Below, piece by piece: positions 26,293-37,200 of a DNA stretch of 64,000 nt; the stretch's first letter is position 1; every line of letters begins with the position of its first letter. The DNA is from Polyangiaceae bacterium (lineage in GTDB: Bacteria > Myxococcota_A > Polyangia > Polyangiales > Polyangiaceae). A program made the translations under genes and the position numbers. The notes below the pieces were generated by a model. It saw only the letters and a program-made list of their open reading frames with translations. It was not told the DNA's origin and did not search any database. Location: NCBI GenBank assembly GCA_050304975.1, contig JBNLEN010000008.1, positions 10,126 through 74,125 of the forward strand. The letters run 5' to 3'.

Positions 26293-27162
26293 GTGAGCCG
26301 TATCACCCGCGTCGTTCCCGACGAACTCGAGGGCCTGCGACTGGACCAGGCCCTCGCTAGACTGATCCCCGAGCTTTCGAGGAGAACGGCCCGCATCGCC
26401 CTGGATATCGGCTGCGTTTTCGTCGACAAGAAGCGCGTCAAGGTCTCCAGCAGAAAGGTGAAGGCGGGACAGATTTTGGTGGCCAATTTGGGTGGCGCAT
26501 TCCAAAGAGCGCTCGCTCCGGCAGCCTCGGCCAAGCCCATCTCGGTCCCCATTTTGTTCGAAGATGAACATGTCGTCGTGGTCGACAAGCCCTCGCGTTT
26601 GCTCAGTGCCCCCACGCCGGAAAGCGACCGCAACAACGTGCAGCACTGGCTTTCACAGGAGCGCGATCCAGTGTTCGTGGTCCACCGGCTCGACCTACAA
26701 ACCAGCGGGATCCTGATCTACGCCAAGACGGAGCAAGCCAATCGCGCGCTGGCTGAAACATTCCGACAGCACGATCTCGTTCGGCGCTACAGCGTGTTCG
26801 TCGACGGGCACTACCCCGTTGAGCACGAAACGCTCACTTACCCGGTTGGCGATCGCCATGCGATAACCCACATCGAACTGGTGCGACACCTGAAAGAGTC
26901 GAGTTGGCTGCGCGCCACCCTGGAAACAGGACGGACGCACCAAATCCGCCTGCATCTACTGCAGCGCGGCTTTCCGGTTCTTTCCGATCCTCGGTACGGG
27001 CCCCAAGGCGCCTCCAGGAAAGAGCGCCAACATCTGCCGCGACGGCTGGCCCTGCACGCAGAAAAACTGAGTCTGGCTCATCCCGTCAGCGGACGCCCCC
27101 TCGACTTCGAGTCTCCGTTGCCCCAAGATCTGACTGTCTGGTTAGAGAAACAAGATGTCTGA
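26293..27162 (+). CDS. RluA-family (RluD/RluC-like) rRNA pseudouridine synthase with an S4-like N-terminal domain
   Basis: Motifs: LRLDQALARLIPELSRRTARIALDIGCVFVDKKRV (S4-like), HRLDLQTSGILIYAK (catalytic Asp motif), GRTHQIRLHL. I chose the in-frame GTG at 26293 to avoid overlap with the divergent protease, but the start is uncertain. The stop overlaps the putA start by 8 nt (ATGTCTGA). Confidence 0.8.
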   Translation: MSRITRVVPDELEGLRLDQALARLIPELSRRTARIALDIGCVFVDKKRVKVSSRKVKAGQILVANLGGAFQRALAPAASAKPISVPILFEDEHVVVVDKPSRLLSAPTPESDRNNVQHWLSQERDPVFVVHRLDLQTSGILIYAKTEQANRALAETFRQHDLVRRYSVFVDGHYPVEHETLTYPVGDRHAITHIELVRHLKESSWLRATLETGRTHQIRLHLLQRGFPVLSDPRYGPQGASRKERQHLPRRLALHAEKLSLAHPVSGRPLDFESPLPQDLTVWLEKQDV

Positions 27163-30100
27163 TTTGGCCCGTCAAGCTTTGACGCTGCTCGAAAGCGTCC
27201 GCGGACGCCCGTTGACTCAAGCGCAGCGGGCACAGCACTCCGTTCAACTTGCTACGCTGCTGCACGGCATGATGCAGCAACTCTCGTCGCGCAAGGAACG
27301 CCGCCGCGATGAGCAACTCGCTCGCATGATGAATGACCAACCGGGCCAGGCCTTCACGACCGCTCTGACTGACCGCGCCTACCGTTCGTCGGATCCGCGA
27401 CGCGCGCTGGACCAAGCCAGCTACCTGCTGGAGCGTTTGGGCCCCCCCGCCTACCTGAGCGCGCTTGAACAATTCGGCCTGGGCGCGCTGAAGGCTGTTG
27501 GCGCCTTGGCTCCGAATCTCAGCGCGGGCGCCATGTTGCAGCGCATCCGGCAAGAAACGAGCGACTATATCTTGCCGGCTGCCAAAGATGAGCTGAAGCA
27601 ATACCTCCGCCGGCGGAGCCAACAGAACTGTCAGGTCAACGTCAACAACCTCGGAGAAGAAGTCCTCTCCGAGGCCGAAGCCGAACGCCGCGTGCAGACC
27701 TACATCGAACTGCTGCGGCGCCCGGAGGTCAGCACCATCAGCGTCAAGATCTCCTCGATCTTCAGCCAAATTGACGTACTGGCGTTTGAACAGTCGGTGA
27801 CAAAGATCTGTGAGCGGCTGCAGCCAATCTACGAGGCGGCTCTCGCCTCTCCAGTGAGCAAAACCACCCCCGGCGCCAAAGGGGCGACGGGCAAGCTGGT
27901 TTATCTCGACATGGAAGCCTACCGCGATCTTCAGCTGACCGCTGAGGCGTTTCGTAGGACGCTATCGCAACCCGCCTTCCAACAACTGACCGCCGGCATG
28001 GCGCTGCAAGCCTACCTGCCAGATTCCTACGCGATGCAGCAAGAGCTGACTCGCTGGGCTGAGGCGCGGGTCGGACAAGGCGGCGCGCCCATTCGTCTGC
28101 GGCTAGTCAAGGGAGCAAACTTAGCGATGGAGACTGTCGAAGCATCGCTGAGAGGCTGGCCTCTACCCATCTACCCGAGCAAGCTGGACGTGGACGCCAA
28201 CTTCAAGCGCATGCTGAACCACGCGTGCACACCGGAGCGAGCACGAGCCGTGACCCTCGGAGTGGCCACCCACAACTTATTTGACGTCGCCTACACATTG
28301 ATCACCAGCCGCAGCACCCAGACGCCGCTAGAGCTGGAGCTATTGGAAGGCATGGCTGAAGCCCTGCGTCAAACACTGCTGCAGTTGGACAGCCAGGTGC
28401 TGGTGTACGCACCGATTGTTGATGAGTCTGGCTTCGCTAGCGCCGTGGCCTATTTGGTGCGCCGCTTGGATGAAAACACCGCCCCGGAGAACTTCCTCCG
28501 ACACAGCTTCGGCATGCGCGTCGGCGACTCCGAGTGGAAGCAGCAGAAGCGGGTATTTTGTGACGCGTGCGATCGCATCGACAGCGTTTCCAGCAGCGTG
28601 CGGCGCACTCAAGATCGCGCTCTAGATCGCACGCAGGAACCGCGGGCATTGCCAGGCGATGCCGCGTTCGACAATGAACCCGATACGGACTTCACACTGC
28701 CGGCAAATCGAAGCGCGTTGCTGGCCTGGGTAACAAAGCTGCAGGACGCCAACTTCAGCGTCAGTTCGCAAATCCCTGGCGCCGATGCGGACCTGGCTCG
28801 GGTCTCCGTCAAAGGGATTGATCCGTCACGCCCCAACGCCAACACCTACGACATCATTCTTGCAAACGAGCAAGACGTACAACAAGCGTTGGCCAATGCG
28901 GAAGCCGCCCTGCCCGCTTGGCAAGCACGCCCGCACGAAGAACGCATCGCCCTAGTTCAAGCCGCAGCCCATGAACTGCGTCGTCACCGCTGCGAACTGA
29001 TTGCCACGATGCTGTTGGACGCCGGCAAACGTCTCGAAGAATCCGATACGGAGGTATCAGAAGCGATCGACTTTGCCGAATACTACAGCCGCAGCTGGCG
29101 CGCGCTGTATCAGCGTGCGGACGTGAAGCTGTCGGCGCGGGGGCCGTGCGTGGTCACTCCACCGTGGAATTTCCCGCTGGCCATCCCACTTGGCGGCGTG
29201 TTCGCTGCGCTAGTCAGCGGCAACAGCTGCATCCTCAAGCCGGCCCTAGAAACGCCCCTCGTCGCCCAGCGCGCCGCTCAGCTTTGTTGGCAAGCGGGCC
29301 TCCCGAAAGACGTACTCCAGCTGGTCGTCTGCGAAGACAGTGAAGCGTCGGCGTTGATCCAAGATGAGCGCGTCAAGACGGTGGTACTCACTGGCGCCAC
29401 CAGCACAGCGAAGCTGTTTTTCCAGATGCGACCAGACCTGCACCTGTTGGCGGAAACCGGTGGCAAGAACGCCATGTACATCTCGCCCATGTCCGATCGG
29501 CAGGCGGCCATCAAAGATGCCCTGGCGTCAGCATTCGGGCATTCTGGCCAAAAGTGCAGCGCGCTGAGCTTGCTGATACTCCACCAAGAGCTGTACGACG
29601 ATCCAGCGTTTCTGAAGGAGCTGAAGGAAGCCGCCCAGAGTCTCAAAGTCGGCTCCGCTTGGGATATCGAAAACAAGCTCACCCCGCTAATCCAGCCAGC
29701 CAGTGACCTGCAGCGGCGCGCACTGACTCAGCTCGAGGAGGGCGAGAGTTGGCTACTCGAACCCGACATCGACTCGGACAATCCACGAATCGTCAGCCCG
29801 GGGATCAAACTGGGCGTGCAACCGGGAAGCTTCGCGCATCAGACCGAATTCTTCTGTCCGCACATCTCGCTGATGCGAGCCCGCGATCTCGAACACGCGT
29901 TGCAGCTGGCGAACGGCACCAGCTACGGTCTGACCTCGGGAATTCATTCCCTCGACGAGCGTGAACAACAGCGCTGGCTGGACGGCGTGCAGGCAGGCAA
30001 CGTTTACGTCAACCGAAAGATCACTGGCGCCGTCGTCCGCCGCCAGGCATTCGGCGGTTGGAAATCCTCCAGTTTTGGTCCCGGCGCCAAAGCCGGTGGT

Positions 30101-30832
30101 CCGAACTACGTCGCCCAATTCATCCACGTGGAGGATGTTCGTCCCGTGCTCCAGGCGGTGCCCAAGACGACCTCGATTCCAGCGGACGCTTCGGCGCCAA
30201 GCTCAATGGGTGCAGGGCATGCGCGTCAGCTTCGGGACAAGCATCCGAAGTTGTATCGGGTGATTGAGTCGCTACCCCAGGCTGAACGTCGACTCCTATA
30301 CGAGCTGCACAAGGCCTATCTGAACCGCTTTGGGAGCTGCTTCGCGAAACCGATCGATGAAAGCGAGATCGTCGGCGAGGACAATCATCTGCGCTACGCG
30401 CCGCTGCAGGCTGTCTTGGTCGTGGCCGACGCACACAACAAGAGGCGCGAACTGTTGCTGTCATTGGTGGCGGCTGCGGTTTGTGGGACTCCAGCTGTGG
30501 GCTGCGCCCTGAGCTCTCAGACACAAGCGCCTTCGGAGCTCGACGAAGTCGCACGTGCGTTGGGATTGTGGAGCTACTCCGATGCCGATTCATTGCTCCG
30601 CTGCCTCGAACGAGCCCACGCGGAGGCGAATATCGAGCGTATCCGTTTCCTAGGAACACCCGATATTCAGTTTCTCGAGCGCGCGCATGAGTTGGGCCTA
30701 CACGTCGCGCGCCAGCCGCTCGTGCGTGAGGGGCGTTTTGAGCTATTGAACTACCTGAAGGAGCAGTCTCAATCGGTTTGCTACCACCGCTACGGCAATC
30801 TAGGGCTGCGCGGCCTACAACGATCCCAGTAG
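27155..30832 (+). CDS. putA: Bifunctional proline dehydrogenase / L-glutamate gamma-semialdehyde (P5C) dehydrogenase PutA
   Basis: 1225 aa. PRODH barrel strings: ISVKISSIFSQI, LVYLDMEAYRDLQLT, IRLRLVKGANL. ALDH module: VVTPPWNFPLAIP, AETGGKNAMYI, GHSGQKCSALS (catalytic Cys), GAVVRRQAFGGWKSSSFG. Confidence 0.92.
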   Translation: MSDLARQALTLLESVRGRPLTQAQRAQHSVQLATLLHGMMQQLSSRKERRRDEQLARMMNDQPGQAFTTALTDRAYRSSDPRRALDQASYLLERLGPPAYLSALEQFGLGALKAVGALAPNLSAGAMLQRIRQETSDYILPAAKDELKQYLRRRSQQNCQVNVNNLGEEVLSEAEAERRVQTYIELLRRPEVSTISVKISSIFSQIDVLAFEQSVTKICERLQPIYEAALASPVSKTTPGAKGATGKLVYLDMEAYRDLQLTAEAFRRTLSQPAFQQLTAGMALQAYLPDSYAMQQELTRWAEARVGQGGAPIRLRLVKGANLAMETVEASLRGWPLPIYPSKLDVDANFKRMLNHACTPERARAVTLGVATHNLFDVAYTLITSRSTQTPLELELLEGMAEALRQTLLQLDSQVLVYAPIVDESGFASAVAYLVRRLDENTAPENFLRHSFGMRVGDSEWKQQKRVFCDACDRIDSVSSSVRRTQDRALDRTQEPRALPGDAAFDNEPDTDFTLPANRSALLAWVTKLQDANFSVSSQIPGADADLARVSVKGIDPSRPNANTYDIILANEQDVQQALANAEAALPAWQARPHEERIALVQAAAHELRRHRCELIATMLLDAGKRLEESDTEVSEAIDFAEYYSRSWRALYQRADVKLSARGPCVVTPPWNFPLAIPLGGVFAALVSGNSCILKPALETPLVAQRAAQLCWQAGLPKDVLQLVVCEDSEASALIQDERVKTVVLTGATSTAKLFFQMRPDLHLLAETGGKNAMYISPMSDRQAAIKDALASAFGHSGQKCSALSLLILHQELYDDPAFLKELKEAAQSLKVGSAWDIENKLTPLIQPASDLQRRALTQLEEGESWLLEPDIDSDNPRIVSPGIKLGVQPGSFAHQTEFFCPHISLMRARDLEHALQLANGTSYGLTSGIHSLDEREQQRWLDGVQAGNVYVNRKITGAVVRRQAFGGWKSSSFGPGAKAGGPNYVAQFIHVEDVRPVLQAVPKTTSIPADASAPSSMGAGHARQLRDKHPKLYRVIESLPQAERRLLYELHKAYLNRFGSCFAKPIDESEIVGEDNHLRYAPLQAVLVVADAHNKRRELLLSLVAAAVCGTPAVGCALSSQTQAPSELDEVARALGLWSYSDADSLLRCLERAHAEANIERIRFLGTPDIQFLERAHELGLHVARQPLVREGRFELLNYLKEQSQSVCYHRYGNLGLRGLQRSQ

Positions 30833-30923
30833 CGTGAGCACTCCAGCAAACCCAGGGTTGGAATGCCGACGTACTGTCGGCCAAAAAGCGCTGCTAGACA
30901 GCGACGTTGCATCAGCCGGCAAA

Positions 30924-30942
30924 AAGCCGCGGAAAGCGGCTT
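30924..30942. terminator. Short GC hairpin between putA and pyrC (weak terminator candidate)
   Basis: AAGCCGC (30924-30930), loop ggaaa, GCGGCTT (30936-30942). An A-tract precedes it, but only TTCT follows on the plus strand. The T-run is on the minus strand, where no gene ends. Confidence 0.3.
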
Positions 30943-30974
30943 CTGCTGGGGCCCGCTTCTGTTAGTCTGCGCGT

Positions 30975-32357
30975 ATGGCGGATGCATTAGACCTAGTCGT
31001 CCGGGGCGGACGCTGCTTCACACCGAGCGGCCTACAACCGATTGATATCGGGATCCGAGCTGGAAAAATCGTCGAACTCACTGGCTCCAGCAAGACGCCA
31101 GCTAAGAGCACGTTGGATGCAAGCGGATTGGTGGTATTGCCCGGCGTCATCGACTCCCAGGTGCATTTCCGTGAGCCTGGGTTGGAACACAAAGAAGATC
31201 TCGCCAGCGGAACGGCCGCCGCCGTTTGCGGCGGAGTGACGACCGTGTTCGAAATGCCCAATACCAAGCCCAACACGGACACGGCAGAGCGCCTCGAAGA
31301 CAAGCTGCAGCGAGCATTAGGGCGAGCGTGGAGCAACTACGCCTTCTTTATCGGCGCCACCGCTGAAAACGCCGATCACCTCGCCGAACTCGAAGTGCTG
31401 GAGGGGTGCTGCGGCGTCAAGGTGTTCATGGGCAGCTCAACCGGCTCGCTGCTGGTTCCTGACAAGCAGACTTTGGTCCGCGTACTCAACAGCGGACGGC
31501 GCCGCGTGGCCGTGCACTGCGAGGACGAAAATCGACTCAACGAACGCAAGACGCTGCTCCAAGGAGATGTCAGCGTGAGTCAGCACCCTGTCTGGCGCGA
31601 CGAAGAGACAGCCCTGCGTGCTACCAGCCGCCTGCTGTCGGCGGCGGAGCACGTCCGACGCCCGGTGCACGTGCTGCACGTCACCACCGCCCAAGAAATG
31701 CAACTGCTCGAGAAGCATAAAGATATCGCTACGGTGGAGGTGACCCCGCAACATCTGACGCTGTTCGCCCCCGACTGCTACGAGCGGTTGGGCAGCCACG
31801 CCCAAATGAATCCCCCAATTCGTGACGAACGACACCGCACGGCTCTGTGGCACGCGGTGCGTGACGGTCTGGTGGACGTGATCGGTTCGGACCATGCTCC
31901 TCATACGCTCGACGAAAAGGCCAAGCCCTACCCCCAGAGTCCGTCGGGAATGCCTGGGGTGCAGACGCTCTTGCCGCTGATGCTCAATCACGTCGCGGAA
32001 GGTCGCTTGACTCTGGAGCGGCTCGTCGATCTGGTGTGCTCCGGCCCGGCGCGCATCTACAATATTGCGGGCAAAGGCCGCATCGGTGTCGGTTTTGATG
32101 CCGATCTGACCATCGTGGATCTCGAGGCCACCCACACGATCAGTGTGGACGAAATGAAGAGCAAGGCCGGCTTCACTCCGTTCGACGGGATGAAAGTGAA
32201 AGGCTGGCCGACGGTGACCGTGGTTGGTGGTCACATCGCCATGCGCGACGGTGAACTGCTGGGCGAGCCCAAGGGCAAAGCCGTGCGTTTCTGGGACGTG
32301 CCAATCGAGTACGAGGAACGTGGCTCAGCGGTACCGCCGCCGCCGAGTGTGGCCTAG
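30975..32357 (+). CDS. pyrC: Dihydroorotase (class I, long form) with QxH in place of the canonical HxH
   Basis: Motifs: VIDSQVHFREPGLEHKEDLASGTAAAVCGGVTTVFEMPNT, CCGVKVFMGSS, VAVHCED, VIGSDHAPH. Overall 460-aa cyclic amidohydrolase layout. Confidence 0.85.
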   Translation: MADALDLVVRGGRCFTPSGLQPIDIGIRAGKIVELTGSSKTPAKSTLDASGLVVLPGVIDSQVHFREPGLEHKEDLASGTAAAVCGGVTTVFEMPNTKPNTDTAERLEDKLQRALGRAWSNYAFFIGATAENADHLAELEVLEGCCGVKVFMGSSTGSLLVPDKQTLVRVLNSGRRRVAVHCEDENRLNERKTLLQGDVSVSQHPVWRDEETALRATSRLLSAAEHVRRPVHVLHVTTAQEMQLLEKHKDIATVEVTPQHLTLFAPDCYERLGSHAQMNPPIRDERHRTALWHAVRDGLVDVIGSDHAPHTLDEKAKPYPQSPSGMPGVQTLLPLMLNHVAEGRLTLERLVDLVCSGPARIYNIAGKGRIGVGFDADLTIVDLEATHTISVDEMKSKAGFTPFDGMKVKGWPTVTVVGGHIAMRDGELLGEPKGKAVRFWDVPIEYEERGSAVPPPPSVA

Positions 32358-32362
32358 CTCCT

Positions 32363-34198
32363 CTACGGACCCCGTAACCTGGATAGGCGCTGAAGCAACG
32401 CCGAAGGCGGAAACGGTTTAGGCATATGCTCGAATTGACCATCGGCCAAACTCCGCTGGGCCAGCTCATCACCCAAATAGCCGGAGCACAATACGATTGA
32501 AGCTCGCGGATGGGCCGTGGCGAAACGGTCCAGCAGCTGCTTCGTACTGCCGCCCGGCATGATGCCGTCCGAAACCAGGACGTGATATTCGGCGTCATTC
32601 AGCGCAGTCAGCGCGCTTGGCACATCGGGCACCGCCACCACGTCGTAGCCAGCCGCCCTCAAGGCGCGCGCTAGTGTGCTTCGGACGCTGGCATCGTCTT
32701 CCGCCAGCAGTACGCGCTTTCCAGAGCCGTCGGCCTGAGCTGGTTCGGGCGACTGCCCCTCATCGGCAGAGCGCTGGAGAGCTAGCGGCAGGTAAATGTG
32801 AAATTCAGTACCAACCCCGAGTTCACTGTCGACGACTACGGCGCCATGGGCTTGCTGCAGCACCCCGAAGACGGTCGAAAGTCCGAGCCCGGTTCCGGCG
32901 TCACCCTTGGTGGAGAAGAAGGGTTCGAATACGCGCCGGCGCGTCTGTTCATCCATACCGACTCCCTCGTCACGCACATATATTTCGCACCAGCCGCGGG
33001 CGTCAGAGGCATGAGCGGAGCCATTGGCTGCAAGCTCCCCCGAGATGAAGGGCTTTTGGGCGCGCAGTTCCCGCGGCAACTGCGCAGTCTCGACAATGCG
33101 GGCACCGATCTCCAAAACGCCACCGGTCGGCATCGCATCGCGTGCGTTTACCACGAGATTGAGTAGCACCTGGTTGAGGTGCGTCTCGTCCATCCAGGCG
33201 GCGGGCTCCCCCTGCACCCGCACGGACAACTTCACGTCGTCCGGCAACACCCGACGCACCGAGTTTTCCCACGAGCGCAAGAACTGAGTGATGTCGATAT
33301 GGCGGGCCACCTGCAACTCCGGACGGCCAAACGCCAGTAGCTGACGGGTCAAATCCTTGCTGCGCTCAGCTGCGACTTGGATCTCTTGGATACCCTCTTG
33401 CACAGTGGCGGGGTTGGTCTCTCCCCGCAGCAGCTCCGTCCAGCCCAGGACGACTTGCAACGTGTTGTTGAAGTCATGGGCCACGCCGCCAGCGAGGCGG
33501 CCCACTGCTTCCATCTTCTGAGCTTGGAACAGCGCCGTTCGAGTTTGATCCAAATCGGCCTCGGAGGCTGAACGTTTCGCCTGTTCCTCACGCAGCTGGT
33601 CCAACGCGGCTTGACTATGCACCAAGGCCGACTCGATGCGGCGCACGATCTGGGTCACGACCAAAGCCAATGCCAAGACCGCACTGCCATACATGATTGC
33701 CGCACCGCGAGCGTCATACAACTCCGGCGCGATAGGCTCACCCAGCGCATACACCACGCAGGTACTCGTAACTAGCGCCACCCCCAGCCCCACGCGACCC
33801 AAGAAGATGCTCCAGCAGATCACCGCCAAAGCCAAGACGATCAGCGGCGCTGGCGCAGCTCCGCGCATCCAAATCGCGCTCGAAGCCGTCACTAGTACGC
33901 CGGTGCACAGCACCCACGCCTGCACCCGGTACGCAACCCGAGGCAACCACACCAGTGCGAGCACTGAAAAGTATCCCCCGAACATGCCGTAAACCGCAGG
34001 ATGGTCGAGGGAATACGTGCTGACGAAGTGCAAGACCACGACGCACAGCGCGATCACTCCTCCCGTCGCCCCTACCCAGCGCACGACGGAGCGCAACAAC
34101 TCCTCCCGCCAATTGCTGGACGGCGACCCCCTGCCCCGAGCTTGCGCCTGAGGCTGAGGGGTCGAATCGGACGGATCCCTCACACCGTTGATTGTCAC
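32363..34198 (-). CDS. Hybrid sensor histidine kinase (multi-TM N-terminus, HisKA, HATPase, receiver)
   Basis: GTG start at 34196-34198. About six hydrophobic helices, then H-box QKMEAVGRLAGGVAHDFNNTLQVV, then NLVVNARDAM, RDEGVGMD, GTGLGLSTV. Receiver: VLLAEDDASVRST...VLVSDGIMPGGS...MPKPF. Confidence 0.9.
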   Translation of the reverse strand: MTINGVRDPSDSTPQPQAQARGRGSPSSNWREELLRSVVRWVGATGGVIALCVVVLHFVSTYSLDHPAVYGMFGGYFSVLALVWLPRVAYRVQAWVLCTGVLVTASSAIWMRGAAPAPLIVLALAVICWSIFLGRVGLGVALVTSTCVVYALGEPIAPELYDARGAAIMYGSAVLALALVVTQIVRRIESALVHSQAALDQLREEQAKRSASEADLDQTRTALFQAQKMEAVGRLAGGVAHDFNNTLQVVLGWTELLRGETNPATVQEGIQEIQVAAERSKDLTRQLLAFGRPELQVARHIDITQFLRSWENSVRRVLPDDVKLSVRVQGEPAAWMDETHLNQVLLNLVVNARDAMPTGGVLEIGARIVETAQLPRELRAQKPFISGELAANGSAHASDARGWCEIYVRDEGVGMDEQTRRRVFEPFFSTKGDAGTGLGLSTVFGVLQQAHGAVVVDSELGVGTEFHIYLPLALQRSADEGQSPEPAQADGSGKRVLLAEDDASVRSTLARALRAAGYDVVAVPDVPSALTALNDAEYHVLVSDGIMPGGSTKQLLDRFATAHPRASIVLCSGYLGDELAQRSLADGQFEHMPKPFPPSALLQRLSRLRGP

Positions 34199-34235
34199 CT
34201 GCCTGGCGGCGGAGTCAAGCCGACACCAGGCCGGC

Positions 34236-37200
34236 TCAACTCAGGGCGCTTTTCAGCGTCTCGATCACGAACGGTCGCACGCGCAGCGCCGGAATGATCT
34301 CTTCCAAGGACCCCACGCTACGAGCGCGCTCAACGCTGTGGACCTTGTCGAACTCGGCGGCAAGCTCCGCTTGCTTTTCGAGCCGTACGTCTTCCAACAA
34401 TTGCTCCGCCGCAGCCCGTAGCTCTGGTGTGCCATGGCGCGCAATCCGTTCGCGCATTTGAATTACCCGAGGATCCTTCGACACGCGTTCGCGTACTTCT
34501 CGCGGAAACACCACCGTCGCGGCAGGACCGCCGCCGATCACCGACGCGTACGAGCCCTCGACGGCGAACGCTCGTAAGTTCGGATTCAACTCGCGTGAGA
34601 ACACGACGTAGGCGCCTCCATGGTAGCGCGACACCACCAAGAAGATCAGCGGTCCATCAAAGTTGACCACCGCACGCGCAATCTCCGCTCCATACTCGAG
34701 CTGAAGCTTGCGCATCGACTCTGGTGATCCGTCGAATCCCGAAAGGTTCGCCAAGATCACGGCGGGCCGGTTACCGCTGCAAGCATTGAGCGCGCGCGCC
34801 ACCTTCTTCGAAGAGATGGGGAACAGAGTTCCGCCGTTCCAATCGGGCGGACCATCCAAAGGACGATAGCCCCAGCGTGCGATATTCTGGCTTTCAATCC
34901 CCATCAAACACACGGGCATTCCACCGATGTGGGTGTCCCAGATGATCGCGGTCTCCCCACCGACCTGAGCCTGCCAGCGTTCCAGGTACGGGCTGTCGCT
35001 GTCAGCAACGGCACGCATCAACGGACGCATCGCGAAGGGACGTTTGCGCCCGGGGTTAGTGCTCTGGTCGAACACCTCGCCGACGCTCTTGAATTCACTG
35101 CCGTCATAGGCGGAGTCCCCGATATCGCGTTCGATAGGATCTTCGCTCTGGAAAGAACGAGGCCGCAGCTCGCCGGGCACCACATAGGAGAACTCGTAGT
35201 GCCGGTAGAGGATCCGATAGGCATCGCCCAAGTCTTCCGCGTAGTACTGCCCCTGGCCGTTGGGCCCCATCACGCGTTCGTAGCCGCCGATCGCCACCTC
35301 GTCTTCGGCGGAGACCGAGCCACTAGCCGCCAACGCAGCCCGACCCGTGAGCACCATCGAGGCCCGCGGCGTCATGATCAAGATGCCACGAGTGTGATTG
35401 AGCATCGTCGCCAGCGAATCCCAGTAGCTCTGGGCTCCGACGTTGACCCCAGACACGATGATGTGGATCACACCGTTGTTTTGGGTAAAGGTGACGATAC
35501 GTCGGACCACACGTGCCGTTGCATCCAGGTTTTCGGTACCGCTGTCCATCGCGATCCGAGCGCCACTGGACACGGGCAGCCACTCGACGGGAAGCTTCAA
35601 CTGCTCAGCGAGGTCCATGGCTGCCACCACACGGTCACATTCGGCGTCCGCTAGCGCTCCCATGCCTCGGGTGGGGTCGCTGAGCACCAACACCCGCCGC
35701 ATCCCCTCCGGCACCTTGGCGGTCGGGGTGGAGATCACACCGAACACGATGGCGCTCTTGTTCTGGCCGTGGGGGCGGCCAGCCACGCTGATCGCCCTGG
35801 GCGTCTCCGATTTGGGATCGAGATCGTACTCCTCGAAGCTGCCCGGAGGAATGGCCCCGTCAGAGAAAGCACTCACGCCGTTGGAGCCGTTGCCAGTCTC
35901 CGCGTCGTCCGGCGCCAGCATGCGGATGATCTCATATGGGTAGATCAACCCGCGACGGCGCGCCGCCACAACGGAGCGCTCGTACGGCGCGACGGGAGCC
36001 AGCGGTTCCTTGTGCGGCTCGCGCCAATGGATTTCCATGCGCGTGCCGGTGGGGTCACTGATCACGACCTCGACATCGTCAGCTTCCGTCGCCTTCTCAT
36101 TTTCCAGCACCTTGAGGCGCACCGCGACGCGCTCCAAGCCCAGATGGCGGGTCGCCGGGTAGAGCTGCTGCGACAGCCACTCGGCGGTGCCCGCTTCCAG
36201 CACGATGGGGTGAGCGACGAACAGCGTGATGCGGTTCCACTGCAGCCTTCGACGGGGATCGCGGGAGCCGATGGTCAAACGCAGCGTGCGCGCCGCTTCG
36301 TGAAACGCCCGCTCGAACAGCGGGATGTAGAAAGCCGAGCGCTTCCCCTCTTGCGGCGGGCTGCCCAGCACCTCGGCGAGCACGAAAATGCGCTCGTCAT
36401 CTGGAACTTGGCGGCTCTTGCCATAAAAGCAGTAGACCCGATCCGCCGCTGGCAGGCGCTCCAACTCGAAGCTGGCGTAGCGTTGGAAGTCCACGCGTGC
36501 CGCAGTCTCCGGGTGTAGACCATGCAGTTCCACGCGCTGACCATCTTGCGAGATCGTCTCGTGCCACAAGTCCAGGTTCGGCTGTACGAAGGTGAGCGTC
36601 ACGCGTCCAGCGATGCGCCTGCCTTCGAGAGTAGACACTGCAGCCTGGACGCAGCTCTCGATGGCATCGCTACGCTCGATGGGGACGAGCAGTTCGAGCG
36701 CGTCCGGAGCCTGGCCGGAGGCGGAGGTCTTGGCGATTTGCTCAAGCTTGGCTGAGATCTCGCTCTCCTGCGCGGACAGCGCCAACACGACTTGATCGTC
36801 AAACCCCAATCGCTCGACGCCTGTCTTGTTCAGACTGACCTCTGTGGGCACACGGGGCGCGTACAAGCGCCGCAGCGTGGCGCTCAACGCGATGGACAAG
36901 CGGCGCGGCTCCGCGTCTCCGAGCCAACCGAGCACTTTTCGGAAGCGTCCGGGAGGCGCCAGCGCCAGATCATCCAAGTTGGGAGCGGACGGCAGCTCAC
37001 TCTGGGCCTGCGAAAGCCAATCTTCTACCTGACGGCGTGTTCGCTCGGCCGCGTTGTCCAGCTCCGGGCGCTGATAGATCGAATAGATGGCCTCAATTGC
37101 GGAATCACATAGGGAATTCGGCAGGTGACCACGCATCGAGGCTATATTGCCCAAGGTGCGGCGCAGTTCCCGGTCCTTGTCCAGCTGCAGTTCGCGAGTG

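Noticed and set aside
26196-26636. The N-terminal extension of the matrixin ORF, and the long N-terminal extension of the Rlu ORF (from 26038).
   Set aside because: Both extensions overlap each other and the opposing gene. The signal peptide (protease) and the S4-like domain (Rlu) begin much later.
30924-30942. A hairpin followed by a T-run on the minus strand, which looks like a good minus-strand intrinsic terminator.
   Set aside because: No minus-strand gene ends upstream of it, since pyrC is on the plus strand. I keep it only as a weak plus-strand or structural element.
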